A stretch of 64,000 nt of DNA from Neophaeotheca triangularis (taxonomy: Eukaryota), in the NCBI GenBank assembly GCA_054600435.1, contig BAAIJX010000020.1, positions 62,001 through 126,000 of the forward strand, written 5' to 3'. The notes under the pieces are model-generated. The model had not been told where the DNA came from, ran no database searches, and was given only the letters and a program-made list of their open reading frames with translations. Made by a program: the position numbers and the translations under genes. Below are positions 13,609-25,380 of the stretch, in pieces. Numbering within the stretch: the stretch's first letter is position 1; each line of letters starts with the position of its first letter.

Positions 13609-13860
13609 TTATCCTCCTCCACAGCCCCCACCACCCCCACCACCACCGCCGCCGCCGCCGCCGCCGCCACCACCATCTCCGCAAACCCCAACTGGCCCTC
13701 CGCCTCCAATGAATACTGGCTGATGCCTGCGTGTAGGTTCCACGGGATCACCAGAACGGTAGTAGACTTTGTCCCTGTGGCTGGAAGTTGAGCTAGTCAT
13801 GGCCGAGGAGGGTGGCTTTTGGTACTGATCGGAGTCGGTTCGGGAAGCGCAGAGGCCCAT
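13609..13860 (-). CDS. Small protein A (83 aa): MGLCAS N-terminus, poly-Gly/Cys C-terminus
   Basis: ATG at 13860 (atgggcctctgcgcttcccg); MGLCASRTDSDQYQKP...VCGDGGGG...CGGG*; TATAA on the minus strand about 220 nt upstream; same N-terminus in two other ORFs. Confidence 0.7.
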   Translation of the reverse strand: MGLCASRTDSDQYQKPPSSAMTSSTSSHRDKVYYRSGDPVEPTRRHQPVFIGGGGPVGVCGDGGGGGGGGGGGGGGGGGCGGG

Positions 13861-15003
13861 GATTGCGATACGATTGGGCTGGACTTGGAAGTTGTGTTGT
13901 GTTGGTGCTTGCGAGTAAGGTTGAGATGGATGGGGTGGTTCTAGAAGACTGCTTGGATTGAGAGTCGGTCTGCTGGATTCGAAAGCTGTGCGGTCTTGGT
14001 TTTGTGTCGAGTCGGTGGTGGTTTTCTCTTCCACTGGAGACTTGATGTTGTGAGTACTTCACCTCTTTTTAGGCCCTTATATGTTTATGAGCTGTGACTT
14101 GAAGGATTCTGTGAGCCAGGCTCAGCTAAAGAGGCTGTGCTTAGCTGTGACGCAAACATTAATAGTACGGCTTGTAATAGGTTGTATAGAAATTTGCAAC
14201 CAAACCGGTGAATCAAAGAAGGGCACGGGTCGTCAAAAGGTCTGCATCCTACGTTGTTGGTTGTATTGGTACCAGTCGTCCTAGCCAACGATGCGATTCG
14301 ATCACGAGCACCGAAATGGAAGCGTTACAGATCATACGTACACTGCCTCGTGCGGGACATGAAAACTGAACGAGAGCAGCTGGGAAAGGTGGCAGTTATC
14401 TTCCTAGCTATCTGCGGACACGGTGCCAGTGCCGTTGTTCAACTTCATCCAGGACTGCAGACTCGTATGATTGACGTTACGAGCTGCTGCAGCATGCATG
14501 GTAGGTAGACAGGACACTAAACGAACATTTCTTAGCAATCGTAAGTACTATGTATGTACTCTGTCATCCGTACCCTACCTTATCTTACGTTCTCAGTTCT
14601 GTGACAGTCCACGGAAGCGGTAGCCATGGAATGTATCTATCTAGAGGTCGTTTTGGAGCCTTCTCATGCAAGCCACATTGAAGCACAAGACGATGTACCT
14701 ATTAGATAAAAGGACTTGTGACGGATTATACTTATATTGTCGTAAACGTGATTTATTAAATTGGTTATAGATAACACAAGAGGATATTGTCTACGGTAAT
14801 TACCCAAGGATCAGAGGGTTTCCATTCAGACAACCTGTGCTGTTGCAATGTGTGCATTCGTAGGATTCAAACATGCCCTTAGTTACCTTATATAGTAGAG
14901 GCAACCTTCAGCATCCGGCTTTCGGCCGTAACGTCACCATTTCTTAACAAGGCAAATACCTTACATTTTGCATAAGGCATCTCCTCCATCTCACATGGTA
15001 ACT

Positions 15004-16251
15004 ATGAAACTTCCAAGGTTGGCAACTCGTTCTTACACCACTTTTAGAGCCATGTCTCCAAGTATCAAGATCAAGCAATTGCCATCTCCCAACCCGGATC
15101 TTCAGACTGCCAAAGCCCACCATGTCGGAAGTCCTCCCACTACTTTCACTAACCCCTGGCCGTCCTTCCAGACCTTGACAAAGACTACCCTCTTCTCAGC
15201 ACGCTTCGGCAGCAATGCGGAAAAGAATTTCGTGCCTGTGCCCGAAAGCACCGACGGACAACGATCAAAAGAATTGGTTCAGGTCCACAAACCGGACTGG
15301 CAATCAATCACAAGCAACAACGAATCCTCTCTAAAGGTTACGTGGCTAGGCCACGCATCTTTCCTGGTAGAGGCTCCAGCTTCTCCAGGCGCATCTCGAG
15401 GCATCCGTATTCTCTTCGACCCGGTCTTTAGCGAACGCACGAGTCCCGTAGGCTTCATGGGACCGAAGCGATACACCCCTACCCCTTGCACCGCAGATGA
15501 GTTGCCCGAAGTCGACATCGTCTGCATTTCCCACAACCATTACGATCACCTAGATTACAGTTTCGTGCACGACCTTTACAAGCGGCGCAAAGGTAACGTC
15601 CACTTCTTCGCAGCTTTAAACAACAAGCCCTGGTTCACGCAGCACATTTGCAAACCCGAAGACGTCACCGATGCGGATTGGTGGGACAGCTTCTCCGTGC
15701 AAGTCGAAGGCGTGGGCACCGTCAATCTCACATGCACCCCGAGTCAACACGGCTCAGGCCGTACGCCTTTCGACCAAAACAACACGCTCTGGTGTTCCTG
15801 GGCGCTCTCCACACCTGCGGGAGAAGACTCCCGCCCCAAAGCCCTCTACTTCGCCGGAGATGCCGCATACCAGCACCCAGACGCGCCATCATCGTGTCCA
15901 GTCTTCAAAGAAATAGGCACGACTCTCGGACCTTTCGATATAGCTCTCTTGCCCATCGGTCTCATGACTCCGACTAAAGTTATGGGTTCTGTGCACGCTA
16001 CTCCCGAGCAGTCTTCGGAAATCCACAAGGAGGTGAAGGCGAAAGTTAGTGTGGGTATGCATTATGGAACTGTGAGGGGAGGTATCAGTGCGCAGTATGA
16101 GGATGTCAGGGATCCGCCTAGGAGGTGGAGGGAGGTGGGGGAGAAGGAGGGTTTGTGGGCTGGTGGAGGGGTCGAGGGGAGCGGTGGGCATGTTGATGTG
16201 GGTAAAGGGGGCCTGGGGCTTGTGCATGTTGGGGAGACCATTGTGGTTTGA
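15004..16251 (+). CDS. FMP30: N-acyl-phosphatidylethanolamine phospholipase D (metallo-beta-lactamase fold)
   Basis: F.NPWPS, TWLGHA, ILFDPVFSER.SP, GPKRY, ISHNHYDHLD, LYFAGD, LLPIG, HATPE, GMHYGT; presequence-like MKLPRLATRSY (alternative ATG at 14995). Confidence 0.88.
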   Translation: MKLPRLATRSYTTFRAMSPSIKIKQLPSPNPDLQTAKAHHVGSPPTTFTNPWPSFQTLTKTTLFSARFGSNAEKNFVPVPESTDGQRSKELVQVHKPDWQSITSNNESSLKVTWLGHASFLVEAPASPGASRGIRILFDPVFSERTSPVGFMGPKRYTPTPCTADELPEVDIVCISHNHYDHLDYSFVHDLYKRRKGNVHFFAALNNKPWFTQHICKPEDVTDADWWDSFSVQVEGVGTVNLTCTPSQHGSGRTPFDQNNTLWCSWALSTPAGEDSRPKALYFAGDAAYQHPDAPSSCPVFKEIGTTLGPFDIALLPIGLMTPTKVMGSVHATPEQSSEIHKEVKAKVSVGMHYGTVRGGISAQYEDVRDPPRRWREVGEKEGLWAGGGVEGSGGHVDVGKGGLGLVHVGETIVV

Positions 16252-17061
16252 GAGAGTTGTCTTTGCTTGTGGCCATTTTGGATTTATGGACGCTTTCTTC
16301 GAGTTTTGACGACTTTGAGAACGAGCGGAGCAGCAAAGACGATGCATAGGTCTGTCAAACACGAGGACACACCGCCAGGTGATCCAGGAGACGTGAGGCG
16401 GAGATGCTTTCCTCAACCATGGTCCAAGGACAAGACCTGCAGATCATACGATGGAATCATCCATAGCTCCATGCTGCTTGGTATATTGGACCGGAAGGCG
16501 AGCAGCTGTAGAAGAAGACCCCTTTTCATCTACCAGCCGAGAGCAAAGGACGACGCTGTAAAGGACCTGAGTTGTTGTGCGAGTTGGGTTGAGGGAAGAG
16601 ACCCGGGCTGAGTGAAGTGAAGACGTAGGCCGGGTGGGTTTCCGGGGAGGCGGAAATGGGTGATGAACGGAGCGCAGCAGAGGCGCCGATGCGAGGCCCC
16701 AGACACTGAGCCCCGCCGAGAGAGCGCGATCACGCCGTGGTCGCAGCGATTACAATCAGGTGTCATTCACTTGGAAATAGCCCAAAATCATCCTGAGAAG
16801 ACACGGTGGTAGCATTGGAAACGGTCAGCTCCCCACTGTCTACTTACCAAGTCGAACCGCCTTAGACCACATTGCGACAGTCAGTCCAAACCTTCGACGT
16901 CCCGCATGGATTCACAGATCAGATCAGATCACCAAAGACCGAGATCACCAGCTCAGCATCTCAAATGCATACAGGAAACGACGGATATTTTACAGCGCCA
17001 ACCAACTTCAATACAAAGCCTTCTGGCTGTCAGAATACGGGCGATACCGACCCCTGAACTC

Positions 17062-17259
17062 CTAACCCATCGCATAACCCCCGCCAAATCGCCTCCACCT
17101 CCACTCCTCCTTCTTCATCTGAGCGTCCACCTCCTCCTGCTTGGACTTTTTCTGTTCCTCTGAAGTCAAGGCTTGCCCGTCTTTGGTAGTGGTGTGCGAC
17201 TGCCGCGCAGCCGCGGTTGGCCGGGTTTTGGAATCGGGTTGAGAAGCGCAGAGGCCCAT
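17062..17259 (-). CDS. Small protein B (65 aa): MGLCAS N-terminus, FGGGYAMG C-terminus
   Basis: ATG in acaacaATG context; first 17 nt identical to small proteins A and D. Confidence 0.7.
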   Translation of the reverse strand: MGLCASQPDSKTRPTAAARQSHTTTKDGQALTSEEQKKSKQEEVDAQMKKEEWRWRRFGGGYAMG

Positions 17260-17741
17260 TGTTGTATTTGTTCTTTGCTCTTAAGGTGTCAGGGAATCTG
17301 CTCGGCTGGCTGGTGTTTTGCACAGACCCTTGCGGATTTTTGATTTCGTAGCTGGCCAATTTGTGTTGACGTTGAAGGTGACTTTCTTGCTGTACACGGA
17401 CAGCTATACTCGGACCTAACGCTATGGAAGCTCTAGTGGCGTTCATGTCCCTATTTGAATGCCACACCTCCATGGTCTGAAGGATTCGCTCTGCTGATCA
17501 GCAGGCTAGGCTGACACCATCGCCAAGGTCATGATGGCTGTGTTTCGTGTACCTCGATACCTTACTCCACCCGTCCACACGAGCACATCGACTCCGGCGT
17601 AACGCAAACGGAACGGCAGGCACAAGCGAAAAGGATGCAAAAGACAGAACAATCCGTGCCGGCAACTATCAAGAAATAGGCTCCGAATCCTCCAACACCT
17701 ACAACGCCAGCCTCATCGAAGCAGGTCTGTACCTAACTCCC

Positions 17742-18107
17742 CTAAGCAACACCCCCAGCCAGAACCCCGCCGCCATAAACATTGTCCCCCAAGTTCTTCA
17801 GACTAGGTTGCGTTTTCCTCCTCTCCCTGCCAAACAAGTCAGCGCTGCCCGACAAACCTCTAGCCCAGACAAGCTCTACAGCAGAAACCGCGACAGAAAA
17901 AGGGGGGTACTTCCAACCCCCCTTTTACTAGCAGCATTAGAGGCTCGCGACTTACTCCATCTGCTCGCGCTGCTCGGCGGTCATACGGACTCCCGTGCGC
18001 TCGCTGCTGCGGACGGGGAATTGGGGTTTCTTGGGTTCGGGCTTGGAGGGCGCTTTGGTGGGATCGGGGGTGGGCTCGGTGTCGGTTTTGGAATTGCACG
18101 TTCCCAT
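17742..18107 (-). CDS. Small protein C (78 aa, spliced): MGTCNS N-terminus; exons 18107-17956 and 17826-17742
   Basis: GTAAGT donor at 17955, gctgac branch and cag acceptor at 17827; spliced product MGTCNSKTDTEPTP...EQMEERRKTQPSLKNLGDNVYGGGVLAGGVA*; unspliced form stops at 51 aa. Confidence 0.65.
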
Positions 18108-20607
18108 TATTCTTCGGCGTGTTTTTGGACTGGTGACTGTGGTGGAGTTGTTGCTCCGCTTTGGGGTGAGGTTGCCCTTTTGGTCTGAGGGTTTCGATGG
18201 CGAGGACTTGGAAGGGAGGAGCTCAGAGTTGGTCAGGTGGGCAGTGGGTTTGTTTGAGAGTTTACAGCTGACTGTTCGAGCGTCGAGACTATGGTAACTG
18301 TGGCCTTGCGGAGTGGTTTTGACGTTTCCAAGGCCACTGAACGGTGCCTTGTTGCTACTTAAAAAGAGAAAACCCCCTCGCGCAAGACACTAGTAGCACG
18401 ACAAGGCAGTGTTCAGAACGGCAAGCTCGGCGTCGATTACAGCTAGCGCATCTTGCAGCCAGCCTCAGTACAGGAAACTGGAGAGAACAAGACAACTATG
18501 TCATCCAAGACCGAATTGCTGGTAGTTCGCTGTCGTCGACGTCTGTCTGGCTGGAAACGAAACCCCCGCATCGAGGTCGCAAAGTCGGCATCGGGCCGTG
18601 TTGGCGCTTTCTTGGACGGTCTTAGAAGTTGGAGGTGGCCTTTTGTTGTTCGCATACCTACTACATACCTACCTACTTACCTTACCTTATCCTAGGTATC
18701 CAAAACAACCACACAAGGGCTAGAATGCGACCCATCAATGTACTCAATATTTAGGGAGGGCAACCGCAAGCCCGATTATGACACGGGTGTCGTAGTGCTG
18801 AGCCTCCCCAAACTCTTCACCGGCCTGTATTTCAGCTCCTATCAAGCTCGTTATTGCGAGCGACCTTTTCGGTATAGACACCTTACTCGGGAGAACGAAG
18901 AGCGGGAACAGATGCGACGGATAGAGGAACTCGAGGACGAAATCAGAGGAGTTGAGCGAGGATTCCCCCTCATTGGCCACTGAGCAGTACAGAAGGCCGA
19001 CGCGACCCTGAACAAGTCGCAATCAACGCCTTCCATCCTATTCTCTCCTGCCAATGCCAACCATGGCCTACGGGCGCTCCTCAACTCGATCAGACACGGC
19101 GATCATGCCCCGGTCCTGTCACGACAACCAGATCGAATCGGGCAAAGCCACCGAGCCAATAGCGGACGCAAGTACATACTTCTTCCGGAACGAGAAATCC
19201 TAGACGATTGCAATGAGATAAAGGGTTACCAACCCGACGTACAGAAGGCAGTAGGGAGCGGGACGCAGGGCTTCCAACTTTCGGTTGTCAATCTCACCTC
19301 GTTTGTGCAGGAGGTTAAAGTTCAGGCGTCTGACGTGGTCGTAGACAAAGCCTTCCAGTATGCAGAGCTCCGGGCGAGTAGAGACGTCGCTTTCAATAGT
19401 ATCTCCCATCTCCCATACCAGGAATTACACTTTCAAGTGGCCGAGCGCAAACCCCGAGTCACTAACGTTGCATTGACGTTGGTTGCACTGCAACGCGGTT
19501 GACGTCTACACTTCGTTGCTCAGGGGTTAGAGGATTCTCAGTCTCACAGCCTCGACTGTGTTTTTGTCCTGCGGGTGGTCGATTCGCTTGCGCTGGGTCG
19601 CCGCCTTCGACGCCCCTTTTTCTTCCAGCCTCGTAGCGTTCCCAGACCTCCAAAACTCGACAGAAAAAGACTCACAGCACTCCGAAACCACGAAACCCCC
19701 GCAAAAAAAAAAAAAAAAAATCCCCCACAAAAGCCGACAGTCAAATCGATAGAGCTCTATACCCGCATTCTACGCACACGGCCGCAAGCCAGCCGACCTG
19801 AACAAATCTCTCTCCGACCCAACCCAGCCCAGCCCAGCCCAGCCCGAAACCGAAACCGCTCACCCTCTCGCGTCGAAAGCGGCAACCGCGCACGACACAG
19901 CCAAGACGCACGAAGCTCCCAAGGAGCCAAAAACCGCACTCGAACCTGTCCGTCCCCTGCCAAACCCGTCATGAGCAAAAGGAACCAAGACCACGCGCCC
20001 TCATCGCGTTGCGTTCCGTACCCATTGCTCTCGCACGCAGCGGGATGCAGAAAACCCCCCCTTTCCTCTTTTACCCTTGGCCAGTCTCCCACTCCAGCTA
20101 ACCGACCCACCTCCTCCACCCACCGAGACCTAGCTTGATCGACCAAAAAAACAAAATCAGCGAAACGGCAATGGCACAGCACAGCGAAACCCACAACGCC
20201 ACAGCATGCAAGCCAGCCAGCCAGGCCGGCAACAACCGCAAACCTGGCGGAAAGAACCCCGGCCAGGAAGCTGTGCAGCATGCCTCTTGTCCCAAGAGAA
20301 AGTCGAAAAAGCAAGCCAGGTAGGTAGGTAGGCAGGCCTACTGTATCGGCACTCCCCATTCCTAGCGGGCAAAGCGAAAGCAAAAGGAAACAAAAGTAGT
20401 AAAAAGTGAATTTTTAAAAAAATGAAAGGGGGTATGCCCACGCCGCACGCACGCTCGTTAAAATTCCGCTCGCTGCTCGCATCCCGTCGCATCCAATCCC
20501 GTCCCGCTTCGTTGTGGGGTTTCATTGGGAGGACGGCTTTGATTAGTCTGTCTGTCTGTCTGTCCGTCTCTCTGCGCACGTTCTTTTGACAGTGGCAGGG
20601 CTTCCTG

Positions 20608-22257
20608 TTACAGCCCCTCCTCGCCAGCTTTGCACACTTTAATACCCTTGCCCCATTCCGAGTTCAAGACTTGGTGGGCGCTGATACGGCGGTTGGCGTT
20701 GGGGTCGAGGATGCTGTAGATGACGTTGCGGCAGCGGGCCTGGGAAGATTGAAACGTGTTAGCTCGGAATTGCAATTTTCTTCTTCCTTGCTCTTTCCAG
20801 GAGATGAAAGGGGTTGGTACATAGCATACCCTGTGCAGCGTCTCGATCGGCGCATAGCCCTCCTCGCTCTTGCGCCCGCTGATGTAATTGGCGTAAAACT
20901 CATCCTCGTCCTTCTTAGCCGTGCGCCACAAGTGGCGGCCCGTGCGCATGGCCATGTAAATGACACCGCAAGCCCAGACGTCCACGGCGCGGGGGTCGAA
21001 CTCGCGCTCGACGTACTCCTCGGGAGCAATGTAAGGCGCGCTGCCGCAGAGGCCGGCCGTCATGTGCGGCTCCGTTTCCCAGGCCATGCGGAAGCACTCG
21101 CCGTTTCCGAAATCGGTAATTTTGAGCGCGCCGTGGTTGGTCAGGAGCAAGTTTTCGGGTTTTAAATCGCGGTGCGCCACGCCCATTTCGTGGATGTATT
21201 CGACGCCGCGCATGAGTTGAAGGAAGAAGCAGTCGGCCTCGGCGACTTCGAGTTTGCCGGCTGCCAGGACGAGGGAGTAGAGGTCGCCGCCGGCGCAGAA
21301 TTCCATGACTTCGCAGTAGTCGCCTTTGGCGTCGGCGAGGAGGTCGAGCGTGTGGATGACGTTTGGGTGGCGTAGGGAGGAGGAGATGCAGAATTCGGAA
21401 TTGAGGCGTTTACTGTACTTTTTCAGGTCCTCCTGGGGCCGTTTCCGGAACTCCTTGACAGCGTAGAGCTGCTCGTGTTTGGAGTCGGCCGGGTCCTGCT
21501 TGTGGGCTATACGCACGATACCGAAGGCGCCGCGGCCCACAATCTCCTGGCACTTGCCGTACTTTTGAACCAGAGTGGCTGTCGCGTTCGGCCCGTTCTT
21601 CTGATCCGAGGCGACCTTGTTCCGTTCGTTCTTGAGCTGATCAACCCAACTAGACATGAGTGACAGCTCCTGATCACCGTGATGTTCCCTCTTCTTTCCG
21701 CCCAGAAGATCGCGCATCATGTCCGTCAACTTTTCCTGTCGCTTCGCGCTCTTAAGTGTATGCTGATGCGAGCCATCCTCCTCCATGGTAAAGCGTTTGG
21801 GCTGGCTGTTGGCGGCATCATCCTTCTTGGTGCGACCATCGCTGTTTGTACGGTGCATGCTTCCGTTGACCTTGGTTTGTGAGGATTGTCTCGAGGTCCC
21901 GGGACGCTTCTTACTGCCATGTTCTTCATCCTCTGCCGGCGCATCCGGCACTTTCTCGGAGACGGGTGTACGACTTGAGTCTCGACTCGAATCGTTGCTA
22001 TCCTTGTGCGAAAACATGCGACTCAGACGCGAAGTGAATGTCGGCTTTCTGGGTGGAATTGTAGGTCGCGGTTCACCATTAGAGGTGGCGGCGGGTTCGG
22101 CAGGGACACTTGCAGGTGGAAGAGTCGCATCGCTTTTGGTCGACGAGTCTACCGAGGCGGTTGAGGCTGTAGATGCGGTAGGAGCCGGTGAGGCCTGTGG
22201 AGGGAGAGGGCGCTTTTGTTCAGCGTCGCTTGACGTGTTTTTAGAAGCCGCGGCCAT
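20608..22257 (-). CDS. SAT4: HAL-family Ser/Thr protein kinase; 90-nt intron 20829-20740; an upstream exon is possible
   Basis: KYGKCQEIVGRGAFG, YAVKEF, SEFCISSSLRHPNVI, HRDLKPEN, DFG, CGSAPYIAPEE, AMRTGRHLW. Confidence 0.9.
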   Translation of the reverse strand: MAAASKNTSSDAEQKRPLPPQASPAPTASTASTASVDSSTKSDATLPPASVPAEPAATSNGEPRPTIPPRKPTFTSRLSRMFSHKDSNDSSRDSSRTPVSEKVPDAPAEDEEHGSKKRPGTSRQSSQTKVNGSMHRTNSDGRTKKDDAANSQPKRFTMEEDGSHQHTLKSAKRQEKLTDMMRDLLGGKKREHHGDQELSLMSSWVDQLKNERNKVASDQKNGPNATATLVQKYGKCQEIVGRGAFGIVRIAHKQDPADSKHEQLYAVKEFRKRPQEDLKKYSKRLNSEFCISSSLRHPNVIHTLDLLADAKGDYCEVMEFCAGGDLYSLVLAAGKLEVAEADCFFLQLMRGVEYIHEMGVAHRDLKPENLLLTNHGALKITDFGNGECFRMAWETEPHMTAGLCGSAPYIAPEEYVEREFDPRAVDVWACGVIYMAMRTGRHLWRTAKKDEDEFYANYISGRKSEEGYAPIETLHRVCYVPTPFISWKEQGRRKLQFRANTFQSSQARCRNVIYSILDPNANRRISAHQVLNSEWGKGIKVCKAGEEGL

Positions 22258-24659
22258 TTCGGACGTTTCTGCGCTGGTTGGTGCTGGTGCTTGGGTTGGT
22301 GCTAGGTATACAAGGATGGCGCGGGCAGTAAGTGGGCACAAACGCCCGTGGGTATCGTGCTCGACGACAAAATAGCAGGCTCGGTGAAGTTGTAGACTGT
22401 CGTGTTGGGGAGGAGGAGGAGAGGAGGAGGGTGTTAATCGGACGACGACGGTGAATGTGGCTAGTTATTTAGTGAGGTCACTGGATAGATAGCCAAGAGT
22501 CAAGGCCAGGTGAAGCTTCTCTAGATAGGCACTGCACGGCGCGTGTAGTACCTAGGTAGCTCGTAGAGAGGAGCTTGGCGGATTTGCGCAGCTTGGGTGC
22601 TCTATCTGTTCTCTGTTGCGGATGACAAAGGCGGGCGAGAGAGAGAGACGGGAGTGCAGGTGGACGGGGCGGACGTGACGGGTGATTCTTTTTGCTTGCG
22701 CTCGGAGTTTGGCGTAACTAGTCGGTCAAACAGACTTCGAGGGGCTGGATGGCTCCGGGTGTGTTGTGGTAATAAGCCAGGGCAACTTCTCGTTGGACTC
22801 TGACGATGTGAGAGAATTTCAAGGTGGACGTGCAAAATATTCCAGTCGTGTGTTTTCAGTGCGAATCACTTTAGACCGGGGTGAAGATGAAGGCGTGGCG
22901 GCTGATGGGGGTTCGGGTTGTAACTTGTACCTCCAATTCGCTTCACACTGCAACTGGTGAATTGAAAGGATAGCCACGGCACGCGCGCAAGCCGAGGGTT
23001 CGACAATTCCGCCCGTCTAGCAGTCGTCTCGTCTGCTGTGATTGTCGTCGCGTCCTTTTTTGGGGGAGCAGCAGCGGCGGTGCGGCAGTGAGGACGACAG
23101 CTTGTGTAATGATAAGTCTTGAATGTAAGTTTTATTAGACAGTAGTCGTCGGGTCGAAAATAAAGGCCCGAAAAGAGGTCCACGGGGTCATAATAATAAT
23201 GATATTTCTTGAAGCTGCCACCTAAGTTACCTAGATACTAGTAGTCCAACAGTACAAAAAAGGCGAAAGTACTGCGCGATTTCTAGACACCCGACAGCTG
23301 GAGGCGGGTATGGCTAACTAAGGTATTACTAAAGGTCAATCAATCATGAGGTGAATGTGATGCTTCTTATCACCAAGTATGCAGCCCGCAGCAAGCATAA
23401 GACGTTCTTTATACTACCTAGAGTATGCATTCATCTCTGATTACCTCTACCTTATGCCGCTCCGTCGCGACTCGACTGGCCGCCAAGGCATTTCATCACC
23501 AGCTCATCACCAGCTCATCACACCCTTCACACGTGCAGCAAAGACTGGCTCTCTTAGACTCTCCTCCCTCACCGACTGCCCTGATAATATCAACACCACC
23601 ACTCCGTGTTAAAAAGACACATCGAACGAACCCGACAACCACTCAACTTCACCACATCCTTCCCGTCCTTCACAATCACCATCCGCACCATCCTCACCAC
23701 CCCTCCTCCCCGAAAGCCACACTACTGTATCCACCTACTGTACCTACCCTCCCATCCCACTCCCTGCAGCCCTCCCCTTAGCGCTACCCACTCACCGCGG
23801 TCATCGGACTACCTAACCTGCACCTATCGTTAAATAGTAATGTATGATGTACGACGTTAGCAGCAAACAAACGGCATCTTTATCGAAAAGGGAAAAACAA
23901 CGGTGACAGCTACGACGGCACAAGACCCACATCCACATCACCTTTCCGCGCTGGCTGGCAACGTGCATCCTCGTCGTCGCCGCTCCCCCAAAGGTCTGGG
24001 CGAGCTTTTTCGTTCCAGCGTTAAGACGCTCTTGCGTGACCGCGCAGGCATTGGCGGGTCGTCGATGCTCGAGCAAAGGTCTGGTCTTGTGTGCACAAGA
24101 CGGGGGTTTGGGAAGCGGAGCTCGAAACCCAAGCCGGTATTGATTGTGGCCATGACGTTTGGTTCGGTTGGTAGGTAAGAAGCTACCCGTAAGGCTACAG
24201 TCACCTCCTAGTATCTATCTGTGTATGATGTATCTAGTCGCGGTTACCGAGCCAAGGCTGGGCACAGCTCGCAAGTTGCTGCAGCGCAGAGCATCCGTCT
24301 GCAGCGGCGAGGCTTAGGTGCAGGAGCTTGCGCTGTGCTGTGCATGCGGATTGGTAACCTCGGCGCGAAGGACCTTGGCCTAGGTATGCAGTCGCCGTGG
24401 CTTTTCAGGTCCGTCTGTCGTAGTAGCCAAGCCAGAGGGAGGGAGAGACTGGGAATGGGGGGTGTTGATTACAGTGTAGAAGAGAAGCTGGAGATCTGGC
24501 TCGCACCAGCTTCTCTCGTCGACCATGTACATACGAAACAATTCCCCAGCCTGCTGACCAACTCCCGGCTGCGCGCAAACCACTGTAAGGCCATCGTATA
24601 ATACAGCATCGCTCTACAAAATAATACACAGCTCCGTCATGAACCCGATTCCCCAACTC

Positions 24660-25380
24660 TTACGAAGCACCAATGCCGCTCAAGGGCTCCTCACCGGGGT
24701 TCGTGTTCGATTCAGCCCCAGTCGTACCCTGCGAAGCCGAAGTTTCTTGATTGCGCGGTCGCGAGAGAGCTTCGAAATTGCCTATAAGCTGCAGTGTTAA
24801 CGCCGGGCGTCCTTCTCGTCTTCTTTGGCCTTGCCGTCGTCTTCGTCCTTCGCGACGAGCTCGGCGCGGAAGATGTAGCACCTACGCTGCAAGAGGTTGA
24901 GCTGGGTGACGCTCTTGCCCTCGGAATTCTGGAACGTGTCCATTTTCGCGTCGGCTTCGAGGTACATGAGAGTTCTGAGGGGGAGTGAGTATAGGTTGTC
25001 AGCAAAAAGTGGTCTCGCTCCTTCCCAATCCTCCCCTTTTCTGTTCTGCAGGCGATAGGTCTAAAAACTCACCCCTTGGGCAAACTCAAAAGCACTTCCC
25101 TCTGCGGCCCCTCCTGAAAGCTTGCGACTTTGAACCAGCTCGTTGCGCGGTTGCCCTGCTCGTCACGCGGGCCGGTGGAAACGCCCAGCGCGTATCGCAC
25201 CAGCTCCCTCCCGGTGGATGTGGGTGTGGCCTCCGGGGTGTCCGCGAGACGGCCAATGATCTGCATTTTGGCGAGAGCGTTGGCCCGAGTGGTGCTGAAG
25301 GCGGCGCGCTGGGCTGCGAGGCCCGTGGTGGGGGTGGAGAGTGCAGCGCGCGGGAGGCTGCGGAGGAGAATGCTGGACAT
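24660..25380 (-). CDS. RIM1: Mitochondrial single-stranded DNA-binding protein; exons 25380-25073, 24974-24886, 24781-24660
   Basis: Presequence ..AFSTTRAN, AKMQIIGRLADTPE, TSWFKVASF, LPKG|TLMYLEADA (SSB OB fold). Confidence 0.9.

Noticed and set aside
13860..14034. N-terminal extension of small protein A in the ORF track (141 aa)
   Set aside because: It starts at GTG; the first ATG is at 13860 and matches the shared MGLCAS start
14520..14900. AT/TpA-rich patches (also 34380-34700 and 58900-59060) as RIP-mutated transposon relics
   Set aside because: Short, with no terminal repeats or transposase remnants; compatible with ordinary promoter DNA
19575..20600. ORFs and poly-A tract downstream of SAT4, loosely resembling 44340-44426
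   Set aside because: Low-complexity, 3' UTR-like sequence; similarity limited to the A-run and a few flanking bases
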